From Promethearchaeati archaeon SRVP18_Atabeyarchaeia-1 (GTDB lineage Archaea > Asgardarchaeota > Atabeyarchaeia > Atabeyarchaeales > Atabeyarchaeaceae), in assembly GCA_037308085.1 (NCBI GenBank), contig CP147779.1:608001-672000 (forward strand): a stretch of 64,000 bases of DNA, read 5' to 3'. The notes beneath the pieces are model-generated. The model was not told the origin of the DNA. It saw only the letters and a list, made by a program, of their open reading frames with translations, and made no database searches. This document shows positions 10,353 to 18,747 of the stretch, in pieces. Position numbers and translations under genes: made by a program. Each line of letters starts with the position of its first letter. The first letter of the stretch is position 1.

Positions 10353-10657
10353 TACCTATCAAGTGACGATCCTAGCGAGATTAGACGTAAAGCAATTGAA
10401 GAAACGCGGAGAAATCCTCTACTACTGCGTGAATAGGTACTTCTGGAAGTTATCTCGCGACAGTTAACAGCAATACAGACCACCCTAAGACCTAACGGAA
10501 CCGAGCCGTCAACCGAAAAGTAACGACCTCAACAATCACCCGGATCAACCGCAGAGGTAACAGAACCTGAAAAACGTCAAGAGCAGAACCGAAAGGTTGG
10601 GGTTGCGGGGGCTTCTAATAGCGGCGCCCCCACACTTTTCTTGGAAGGAGGATTGGC

Positions 10658-11002
10658 ATGCATCTTTCTCTCGAGAGACTCATGAGTACGGTCGCTCTTC
10701 TCAGTCTCATCTTGGTGGTATTGCCACAAGTTGCGATTACCGGCACTTCTGCCCAATCAGGCTATGACCCGCTACAGGAGCTGTCAGGTGTGTTGCTGAA
10801 CATGTGGATTATCGACATGATCGCGATCTCGGTTTCAGTTGACCATATAGCTTTGGTTGTGAGCATAATCCCATTCCTCTTCATTTTTCCGACAGCGCTG
10901 GTGATTTCGATGCTAGACACAGAAATCTTCGTGAGAATCCTGATGTTGGGCATACTGACCGTCGGCTTTGCTGTAGCCCGGTACATCGCTAATTCAATAT
11001 AG
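10658..11002 (+). CDS. Hypothetical membrane protein
   Basis: ATG after GGAGG; 3-4 hydrophobic segments. Confidence 0.55.
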   Translation: MHLSLERLMSTVALLSLILVVLPQVAITGTSAQSGYDPLQELSGVLLNMWIIDMIAISVSVDHIALVVSIIPFLFIFPTALVISMLDTEIFVRILMLGILTVGFAVARYIANSI

Positions 11003-11104
11003 TGACTATGCGACGCATACTGCGAATTGGGGGTCAGCGCGCTTTCAGTCAGCGGCTCGTTTCCTTTCGTCGGCAGTCATGCCCACACAGGTAAGCGCGA
11101 GAGG

Positions 11105-11482
11105 TTCACAATTCCGTCGTAGGGAAGCCCACGCTCCTTAGGGGTGGGAGGAGCTGCGGTAGCGGCGACCAGATGGTCTGTTTAAATGCCTTTGCCGCGT
11201 ATGTTTCCTTGGACCTTGGGGCGAGACCGCGGGGGTGGCGCCCCCAATGCAAAGAGCCTGAGTCTCTGTTTCCCAGGGCGGATGGTGGTCTCGCAGCACC
11301 GAGACGCGAAGCGTAACCCACCACGCCTGGCGAGGTGAGCGGGCTGGAAAAGCGCGGCGCGCGAAGGCCCGGAAGTCGCAACTTCCACAATAGGCTTTCC
11401 GGAACCACCGACCCGGCGACGGGCGGAGGCAGGGCAAACGAAACGGAAAGCCCACCGGCTCAAAGCCATGGGAAGAGGTTAC
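11105..11482 (+). mobile_element. Non-autonomous IS200/IS605-type element with internal structured RNA, copy 1
   Basis: Near-identical to 32565-32946. Subterminal hairpins GAAGCCCAC..GTGGG and AAGCCCAC..ATGGG; starts TTCAC, ends GTTAC; no TIR, TSD or credible ORF. Confidence 0.72.
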
Positions 11483-11662
11483 TTATACCACACTCCCCCC
11501 CAGTATTTAGGGTAATGATTCCGATCATTATGGCGTGGCGAGGTCTTCAAATCTCCAATAAACCGAAAAAGAGAGAAACAGAATACTTTACCGCTTAGAC
11601 GCTAGATTGGGGCGACATGAGATCTGAGAAGGAGGATCTATCCTAACTTAGAAGAGATACTC

Positions 11663-11935
11663 GTGTCCAGAAGCAGGATCAAGATCCTGAAGGCGCTATC
11701 TGTCAAAGGACCGCTAAACATCTCTGGCATAAAAAGATGCACGGGCCTCAACTACAAATCGATAATAAAAGCCTTGGAGATTCTCAAATATATGAGGGTT
11801 GTCGACGAGGTTCATCTCGAAAGGACCCGCAACTTTCGCATAAGGGTGGAAAATGAAGAGGCTTCCGCTGTAGATAGGCTAATCAAGAGCCTAGTTGGAC
11901 TCGACAGAAACTCCAGTCAGAGGAAAGAGGGGTAG
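11663..11935 (+). CDS. ArsR-like winged-helix protein
   Basis: SRSRIKILKAL...LNISGIKRCTGLNYKSI. The frame extends upstream (LEEIL), so the true start may be CTG 11624. Confidence 0.7.
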   Translation: MSRSRIKILKALSVKGPLNISGIKRCTGLNYKSIIKALEILKYMRVVDEVHLERTRNFRIRVENEEASAVDRLIKSLVGLDRNSSQRKEG

Positions 11936-11990
11936 ACACCCTAGACCGAAGAGAACGCCACGCGCATCACAACAAGATATAAGGAATTAG

Positions 11991-13031
11991 TTGCACAATC
12001 ATTACTCTCAGAGTAAACTCATAGGATTCTCACCAAGAATGATCGGAGGGATAACTATTCCAGAAGACGAGATTGTAGAGGAAAATGAGGCCGGCGCAAA
12101 GGTTCTAACTGATCTTCCAGGGATCGGCCCTGCCATCGCCAAGAAACTATCCGAGGCGGGCTACAGACGGATCGAGTCTATAGCAGTTGCAGCAGTTCAG
12201 GAGCTATCAAAAATCGCGGACATAGGTGCAAGCACCGCGCAGAAGATCATAGAAGAAGCGCGCAAAGCTCTCGACATCGGCTTTGAGACTGCAGACGAGA
12301 TTTTCAAGAGAAGGCAAAACGTCGGGCGCATCACCACAAGTTCAAAGAACCTTGATGCCTTGCTGGGAGGAGGAGCAGAGACGCAGTCAATAACAGAAGC
12401 ATACGGCGAATACCGAACGGGAAAAACGCAGATAGGTCACCAGCTATCCGTTAACGTCCAGCTTCCGCCTGAGAAAGGGGGGCTCGAGGGTCAAGCACTC
12501 TACGTCGACTGCGAAGGAACGTTCAGACCTGAACGCATTTGCCAGATGGCCATCGGGCAGAACATTGATCCGAATAAGGCGCTCAAGAACATAGTCGTCG
12601 CTAGAGCATACAACTCTGACCATCAAATCCTGCTGGTCCAGCAAGCCGAGGAATTCATTGAAGAGAAGAAAATCAAGTTAGTAGTAGTCGACTCAATAGC
12701 TGGCCACTTCCGCGCGGAGTATATTGGCCGTGAAAGACTGGCGGAGCGCCAACAAAAACTGAATAAGCATCTTCACAATCTACAGCGGCTTGCAGACATA
12801 CATAGCGTCGCCGTCTTCGTCACAAACCAAGTTATGTCCAAGCCAGATGTATTCTTCGGAGACCCAACCCAGCCCATCGGTGGCCACGTGCTCGCACACG
12901 TGCCCCAAACAAGGCTATACTTGAGAAGATCCAAAGGCAACATAAGAATATGCAGATTGGTGGACAGCTCATACCTGCCTGAGGGCGAGGCCGTCTTCCT
13001 AATCACAGAAGAGGGAATAAAAGATCAGTAG
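11991..13031 (+). CDS. radA: DNA repair and recombination protein RadA
   Basis: HhH DLPGIGP, Walker [34 protein letters not shown]. Start uncertain (GGAGGG at 12045-12050). Confidence 0.96.
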   Translation: MHNHYSQSKLIGFSPRMIGGITIPEDEIVEENEAGAKVLTDLPGIGPAIAKKLSEAGYRRIESIAVAAVQELSKIADIGASTAQKIIEEARKALDIGFETADEIFKRRQNVGRITTSSKNLDALLGGGAETQSITEAYGEYRTGKTQIGHQLSVNVQLPPEKGGLEGQALYVDCEGTFRPERICQMAIGQNIDPNKALKNIVVARAYNSDHQILLVQQAEEFIEEKKIKLVVVDSIAGHFRAEYIGRERLAERQQKLNKHLHNLQRLADIHSVAVFVTNQVMSKPDVFFGDPTQPIGGHVLAHVPQTRLYLRRSKGNIRICRLVDSSYLPEGEAVFLITEEGIKDQ

Positions 13032-13220
13032 CTCCCCCGATAGCAGAACCTTCCAGGAACCAACCCCGAGCTTCCGGCTTCTTCCCCAAATTGAGTTCGC
13101 CTACCATGCGTGCCACCATAGCCTCCCGGCGGGGCAAAAATTGAAGGCTGGCTTTGCGCACGACGTCAGCCATATACCACCGCAGTCATGCGATCAACCC
13201 TCCAGGTTTGCTGCTAGAGA

Positions 13221-13326
13221 TGGCGGGCCCGGAGGGATTTGAACCCACGACCACCGGCTTTCTGCACCCAGTCTCGGGAAAAGCGCTTCGCAGGCCGGCG
13301 CCCTATCCTGACTAGGCCACGGGCCC
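13221..13326 (-). tRNA. tRNA-Arg(GCG) with 28-nt intron at 37/38 (13260-13287); CCA encoded
   Basis: Acceptor GGGCCCG/CGGGCCC, anticodon arm CCGGC-CT GCG A[intron]A-GCCGG, GGTTCAAATCC T-arm. Confidence 0.93.
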
Positions 13327-13530
13327 CGTAGTATTCACCAGACCAATAAGTAGAACAACTGAAGTTTAATACTTTTTCTTTCCTGCTCGTCACGGATTGT
13401 GTTCCTCCAAGCTACCCTCGTAATTGGATTCAGGGAACCGATACTATTAACATAGAGATCGACCCCATGAGTCACTGATGCAAAAGCCAAGAAGACGTTC
13501 TGATCCTAGGTGAAAGGAGGGTAGCCTAGA

Positions 13531-14289
13531 ATGGAGACAGAAACGCCAGCTAGCACCTCTCACTTGAAGGATATAATGTCAAGAATCAGGGTGGTCGAGA
13601 CCCTTAGGCTCCTAAAGAAGACGCATACGTACGCCGAGTTGTCTGCCGCTTCCAGTTTGCCGGTAACAGTGCTCAATCGATATGTAAAGGGCAGAGTCTT
13701 GCCAAGTCGAGACAGATCCGAGCTTCTTTTCAAGACATTCCAAGACATGTTTAATCTCTCTCAAGAAGTGAGGAAACGGATTGTCTTTGACAAAAACGGG
13801 TATTTCGACAACACGCCTCTTCTCAGCGATACTCTTCTCTCACGCGAAATCGCGAGAGAAGTAGCCAGAAGATTCGCCAACAGGAAGGTGAATAAAGTAA
13901 TCTCGCCTGCCGTTGATGGCATACCAATTGCCGTGCACGTCGCGAATGAGCTTGGCGTTGACCTGGTTATTGCCAAGAAGGCTAAGGAGGTCGGCATTGA
14001 GAGCTTTATAGAGGAGAGCTATGTCCCTAGCTACTCTGGCGTAATGATGACGCTTTACCTTCCAAGAAAGGCCGTCTCTACCAAGGACAAAGTGATCATA
14101 GTCGACGATGTGATCAGGTCTGGCGAGACCCAGAGGGCGCTCATAGACGTGACGAATAAGCTCGGCGCCACAATTGTCGGCATATTCATTCTAGTTGCCA
14201 TCGGCAATCTCTGGGAGAAGGAATTGAAGCTACCCCCCAGTTGCCAGATGGAGCTGCTTGTTAAGCTGCCTCCGCCTCCTCGTCCCTAG
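13531..14289 (+). CDS. HTH plus type I phosphoribosyltransferase (PurR/Apt-like)
   Basis: N-terminal HTH (TYAELSAASSLPVTVLNRYVKG); PRPP motif VIIVDDVIRSGET. Confidence 0.85.
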   Translation: METETPASTSHLKDIMSRIRVVETLRLLKKTHTYAELSAASSLPVTVLNRYVKGRVLPSRDRSELLFKTFQDMFNLSQEVRKRIVFDKNGYFDNTPLLSDTLLSREIAREVARRFANRKVNKVISPAVDGIPIAVHVANELGVDLVIAKKAKEVGIESFIEESYVPSYSGVMMTLYLPRKAVSTKDKVIIVDDVIRSGETQRALIDVTNKLGATIVGIFILVAIGNLWEKELKLPPSCQMELLVKLPPPPRP

Positions 14290-14761
14290 ACTTCTGCGCG
14301 AAAAGGCTAGACAGTATTCTCTCCAGCAAATCCAGACTCTCCTTGACTGGCTTAGAAATCCCCTCCCCGGGTCCAACTCTGAGAGGCTGGATTCCCACCA
14401 CTAGAATCCCTACCCCAAGCTCCTTTTCCAAGTACTCAATCAAGAATGACAAAGGAAGGCCATGAGTGGAAATGGGAAGCCCAGCGATCTCGCCCCTATC
14501 CACAATTCTGATCGAACCGGGAGGTAGCCCCATGTCCGCGGCGTCGATTACCAGGATCTGAGAAGGATTAAACCTGCGAATAGCTGAGATGAAGTTCTCG
14601 GGAGCCATGCCGGCCTCAATAGCACGCACTCTCCGTGATAAGCGCCGTTCCCTGCTTAGGCGCCTTGCCAACTCAAGACCGGCTTCATCATCGCCCTGAA
14701 GTACACTGCCAATCCCGAGCACCGCCAGACGCTTGGCATCCTTCAATCTCATTCTGAGCAA
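14261..14761 (-). CDS. hycI: Hydrogenase maturation protease (HycI type)
   Basis: VLGIGS.LQGDD, APENF, IDAAD, STHGLPL, GIQP. Confidence 0.88.
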   Translation of the reverse strand: MLRMRLKDAKRLAVLGIGSVLQGDDEAGLELARRLSRERRLSRRVRAIEAGMAPENFISAIRRFNPSQILVIDAADMGLPPGSIRIVDRGEIAGLPISTHGLPLSFLIEYLEKELGVGILVVGIQPLRVGPGEGISKPVKESLDLLERILSSLFAQKSRDEEAEAA

Positions 14762-14881
14762 CTCTTCCAGCGCCCAACCCCCCTGACAGCATACTTGAAC
14801 TTGGCTGATGGGATCTATCGGTCTGGAATCGCGACCACAGCAGAACGATATGGATTCTCTCGTACTCCAGGACCGGTGCTT

Positions 14882-15679
14882 CTATTTACGCTTCTTCTTG
14901 GTGATGTAGAACCCTCTCTTCTCAAGCTGCTCAAGCAGCTCACTTGGATCTCTGTACCATTGACCCCACTTTCTGCTGATGTGTTCCGTCCAGCTGTAGT
15001 TGTCATAGGAGAACGTTTCTTTACGATCACCCGCCAGAGGAATCTTATGCTTCCCCTTGCGGTAGTAGTCCTGCGCTAGATACCCGCTGTCCATCAACTT
15101 CATAGCCTCCGAGATGACCTCACCGCCCAACTCTGGATATTTGTTCTTGAAAAGAGTGAATCTGAGTGGGTATCTGGGTCTTGGCGGTGGATCTTCGGCT
15201 GGATACCCCATCGCCAGCTGCACTAGCGGAAAAACCCTGCTTGGCAGGCGGTATTCCTTCGCGATCGTGTCGGCCCTGTACGGCGCGCTACCGAGAAAAC
15301 AGCTTCCAAGTCCTAGACTCCGCCCCGCAACAACCATGTTCCCAGCCATTAGAGACGCATCCTGAATACCGAAGAACAGCAGCGAGAGATCATTGGCGAC
15401 CATCTTCCATTCTCTCGCAGCCATTATTTTTTCGAATTTGTGGGAGTCGACGCAAACTGTGAAGAGAAGCGGAGCTTTCCACGGGTTCCGACCCCTGTTC
15501 TGCGAAAGCATGATGCTGTATAATTGAGAAGCAAAAGGCGCTCGCTGACCGGCCCTCACAACCGTTTCTATGACCTCCTCTGAAGGCTCCTCGTCCGTGT
15601 ATTTTCGGATCGACCTGTGATCAAGCATAATCTCTATTACGGGACTTGACTTAATGACGTGTCCCCCCGTGCGATACAC
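14882..15679 (-). CDS. Nitroreductase-family flavoprotein
   Basis: HRSIRKY, AGQRAP, SLGLGSCFLG, LAMGYP. Confidence 0.88.
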   Translation of the reverse strand: MYRTGGHVIKSSPVIEIMLDHRSIRKYTDEEPSEEVIETVVRAGQRAPFASQLYSIMLSQNRGRNPWKAPLLFTVCVDSHKFEKIMAAREWKMVANDLSLLFFGIQDASLMAGNMVVAGRSLGLGSCFLGSAPYRADTIAKEYRLPSRVFPLVQLAMGYPAEDPPPRPRYPLRFTLFKNKYPELGGEVISEAMKLMDSGYLAQDYYRKGKHKIPLAGDRKETFSYDNYSWTEHISRKWGQWYRDPSELLEQLEKRGFYITKKKRK

Positions 15680-15840
15680 ATGCCAAACACTTGCTCAGTC
15701 AATATCTTAATATTTTGGGTTCGCCCGACCTAAGCGGCCGAATCGCCATGAACTCCCGATTAAGTTAAAAGGATGCCAAGGCTGTGTTAATGGTCAAACT
15801 GTGGTGCTCAGACATCAACCTCTCGAACGAGGAATGACGC

Positions 15841-16566
15841 ATGGCAGAAGAAAAAGGCGAGATGCGAGCAGAAGAGACGTGGATAGGAGGAGAAGTGGAG
15901 AAACCAGTACCACAGGAGCCAGAAGCATTCATCACAGGCTCATCCGTAGTGGAAGCAAAGGAGATGCCGGTACCACAGAAGCCAAAGGCATTCTTCACAG
16001 GCTCATCGGTAGTGGTCAGGAACGAGGTAGAGGTCGTTCACAACAGGGTATCCTACGGAACTGAGCAACTTGACGGAACCCTCAGCCTTTCCCCACTTGA
16101 AACGATATTTCTCTTAGAGAGGGGCAGAATTGAACTATTCGATGAACAGACTGGAGAACAGAAGACCAACGAAGAGAAACCCGGAGAGGAGAAGGCAAAA
16201 GAGGAAAAGTTAGATCTGTACCAGTATCTGCAGAAGGTATCCAGCTCTCAACCAGAATTGTGGACGCGCTACCTAGTGTATAGAGACCTCCGAAGCAGGG
16301 GTTACATTGTTAAGGAAGGGCTTAGCGAGGACATAATTTTCAGGGTATATCCAAGGGGCGCCGAAATAAACAAGAAAACCTCCACTTGGGAGATCTACAT
16401 AGTCAAGGAAGGAGTACCGATCGATTTAAACAAGCTGGTTACCGCAACGAAGACAACAAAAAGAGTTGGCAAGAGACTCGTACTAGCAGTCCTGAATAGG
16501 CAGGGGGAAGCTACATACTACCAGGTTTCCGAAGAAAGTATTGGCCATGCAAGCGCTGCTACTTAG
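15841..16566 (+). CDS. endA: tRNA-splicing endonuclease subunit, probably the structural (non-catalytic) type
   Basis: LSLSPLETIFLLERG, YLVYRDLRSRGYIVKEG, FRVYPRG, KRLVLAV, TYY. The KYG motif and catalytic His are not evident. Confidence 0.82.
   Translation: MAEEKGEMRAEETWIGGEVEKPVPQEPEAFITGSSVVEAKEMPVPQKPKAFFTGSSVVVRNEVEVVHNRVSYGTEQLDGTLSLSPLETIFLLERGRIELFDEQTGEQKTNEEKPGEEKAKEEKLDLYQYLQKVSSSQPELWTRYLVYRDLRSRGYIVKEGLSEDIIFRVYPRGAEINKKTSTWEIYIVKEGVPIDLNKLVTATKTTKRVGKRLVLAVLNRQGEATYYQVSEESIGHASAAT
15904..16015 (+). repeat. Intragenic 63-bp tandem duplication
   Basis: PVPQEPEAFITGSSVV / PVPQKPKAFFTGSSVV. Confidence 0.85.
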
Positions 16567-17707
16567 CCTTCTTTGGTATGAAGGAGCTGGGCATCTTGAC
16601 GACCTCTGCTTTCACTAGCCGTCCCCTGATTTTGACCCCAAGGATCATGCCTTTCTTTGCGTACTTGCGTTCCACGTAGCCAATGCCAATGCCTCGGTCG
16701 AGGACAGGCGAAAATGAACCACTTGATATTTTGCCGACAGTGCTTAACCCTCGAAGGATCTCGTAGCCAGTTCTGGGAATTCCCTTATCGAGGAGCGCTA
16801 AGCCAATCCGCGAGCGCTTGACGCCTCTTCTTCTCTGCGCCAAAAGAGCCTTCTTTCCAATAAACGACTTCTTCCTAAACTTGATGAAGGGCCTCAGCTC
16901 GGCTTCGAGCGGCGTGGTCTGCTCGTCGAGATCCTCTCCATACAGGGGCATTCCCGCTTCAAGCCTGAGGGTATCCCTGCACCCGAGTCCACATGGCAAT
17001 ATGCCAAACTCCTTTCCTGCATCCAAGATCGCCTCGAACAGCTCCACCGCCTTTCCAGAATCCTGTTCGGGAACATCAAATTGGCAGATCTCAAAGCCAT
17101 CCTCTCCGGTGTACCCTGTCCTTGATATCAGAACCCTGGAGCCGTGAAGCTCGACTATCTCAACGCCGAACCGCGGAACATCACTGAGATTGCTGTCGGC
17201 GAGTTTCTGCAAGGTAGACACGGCGTTGCGTCCCTGCACGGCGAACATTGGAGTGTAATCCGAGATGTTCTCGAGGCTGGTATCGTATTTCTTGACATGT
17301 GCGGCAAACCAGGTGAAATCCTTCTCCCTGTTTGACGCGTTGACTACAACGTAGAAATCATGATTCTCCAATCGGTATACGAAGAGATCATCAAGGATAC
17401 CGCCATCCCGTCTACACAGCAAGGCGTATTCCGACGATCCTACATGCACGCGAGTTAGATCGTTGGTGACAAGGTGGTTGAGGAAACGGCGAGACCCTGA
17501 ACCCTCTACGTGAAATCGACCCATGTGCGTTATGTCAAAAATGCCAACGGAATTTCTTACCGCGTTGTGCTCGGCTATGATTCCCGTCTTCTCATACCAA
17601 AGAGGCATATCAAAACCGGCAAATACGCTCATGTGTCCTCCATGCGAGACATGCCAATCGTGAAGGTGCGTCCTCCGAGGTTGCTCGCCAGCCAAGTCGA
17701 TCACCAA
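16559..17707 (-). CDS. gcvT: Glycine cleavage system T protein
   Basis: EHNAVR..VGIFDITHMG, SRTGYTGEDGFEI, GLGCRDTLRLEAG. Confidence 0.95.
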   Translation of the reverse strand: MVIDLAGEQPRRTHLHDWHVSHGGHMSVFAGFDMPLWYEKTGIIAEHNAVRNSVGIFDITHMGRFHVEGSGSRRFLNHLVTNDLTRVHVGSSEYALLCRRDGGILDDLFVYRLENHDFYVVVNASNREKDFTWFAAHVKKYDTSLENISDYTPMFAVQGRNAVSTLQKLADSNLSDVPRFGVEIVELHGSRVLISRTGYTGEDGFEICQFDVPEQDSGKAVELFEAILDAGKEFGILPCGLGCRDTLRLEAGMPLYGEDLDEQTTPLEAELRPFIKFRKKSFIGKKALLAQRRRGVKRSRIGLALLDKGIPRTGYEILRGLSTVGKISSGSFSPVLDRGIGIGYVERKYAKKGMILGVKIRGRLVKAEVVKMPSSFIPKKAK

Positions 17708-17886
17708 TTGATAGCTAATAGAATCTGTTATTAACGCTTTCCTACAATCCGATCACTTGAATTGGCTGTACCTATCTTCTGAAGACCAACGGGAACCAAT
17801 AACCCAATCATCTACTCTCGCAACACATGTGACCGACGCAGTCTCTCATGAAACAGGGAGGCAATCTAGCCATGGAGGGATGAAAT

Positions 17887-18693
17887 TTGGAGCTACATCC
17901 GATACATACTGGAATGATTAAAACAAATGACAACGTGACGGATACGATTCTCGAAGCACTGAGCAGAGATGGATTCAAGATCGAGGTCAAAGATATTATT
18001 GCGGTCACTTCAAAGGTGGTTTCGGTGTCGGAGGGTCGGGTAGTTGAGTTGAAGAGTATCACCCCCTCAAGTAGAGCCTATGCACTATCCAAGAGGTTCA
18101 ATGTCTTGCCAGAACTGACTGAACTAATAATAAGGGAGGCTGACACCATAATCGGGGGAATGGATGGCGTCATCCTTACTCTCAAGGACAACGCGCTCAT
18201 CGCAAATGCGGGGATCGATAAGAAGAACGCCGGGCCGGGCAGGGTGGTCCTCCATCCAAGAGACTCTTCCAAGACAGCCGAGAAAATAAGGAAGGAGATT
18301 CTTCAAAGAACGGGAAAGAAGGTGGGCGTCATCGTAACGGATACGCGTACTCAACCTCTTAGGATAGGGACGATAGGGATAGCTCTATCGGCAAGCGGGT
18401 TCGAACCCATAGTGGATGAGAGAGGCAAGCCAGACTTGTTCTGCAGACCGTTGCGGGTCACGAGGAGAGCATTGGCAGACCAGCTGGCAACGGCAGCGGA
18501 AATCCTGATGGGCGAAACCAACGAATGCATACCCGCGGTAGTCATCAGAGACGCTCCCGTAACTCTCAACGACAAAACGCCTAGTCCCTCTGCACTCTAC
18601 GTTTCTCCAGACGAGTGCTTCTACACGAAGATCCTTGCGGGCTACAAAAAAGGACATCCAAAGACGCCGGCAAGAGAGAAGCAACGCAAGTAA
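17887..18693 (+). CDS. cofE: Coenzyme F420-0:L-glutamate ligase
   Basis: VTSKVVSVSEGR, ANAGIDKKN, VIVTDT, ADQLATAA..LMGE. Confidence 0.9.
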   Translation: MELHPIHTGMIKTNDNVTDTILEALSRDGFKIEVKDIIAVTSKVVSVSEGRVVELKSITPSSRAYALSKRFNVLPELTELIIREADTIIGGMDGVILTLKDNALIANAGIDKKNAGPGRVVLHPRDSSKTAEKIRKEILQRTGKKVGVIVTDTRTQPLRIGTIGIALSASGFEPIVDERGKPDLFCRPLRVTRRALADQLATAAEILMGETNECIPAVVIRDAPVTLNDKTPSPSALYVSPDECFYTKILAGYKKGHPKTPAREKQRK

Positions 18694-18747
18694 GTCGTTG
18701 AGTGACCTTGATTCGGGAGCCGCCAAGCGCAATAGGCAGGATGGCAG

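Larger units (their letters stand above)
6149..10567 (-). mobile_element. IS6-family cargo transposon (4.4 kb) with TIRs and 8-bp TSD
   Basis: TIR GGTTCTGTTACCTCTGCGGTTGATC at 6149 and its reverse complement ending at 10567. Flanks TGAAAAAA (6141-6148) and TGAAAAAC (10568-10575). Internal IS6-type transposase. Confidence 0.88.

Noticed and set aside
11200-11460. Repeat body as RNase P, SRP RNA, group I intron or hammerhead
   Set aside because: Conserved cores (GAGGAAAGUCC, the SRP helix 8 loop, P7, CUGANGA) were not found, and it is multi-copy with IS-like ends.
11106-11469. Overlapping 75-115 aa ORFs in both copies of the GC-rich repeat (also 32598-32979)
   Set aside because: All frames are open because of high GC, starts and stops differ between copies, and substitutions preserve pairing rather than protein.
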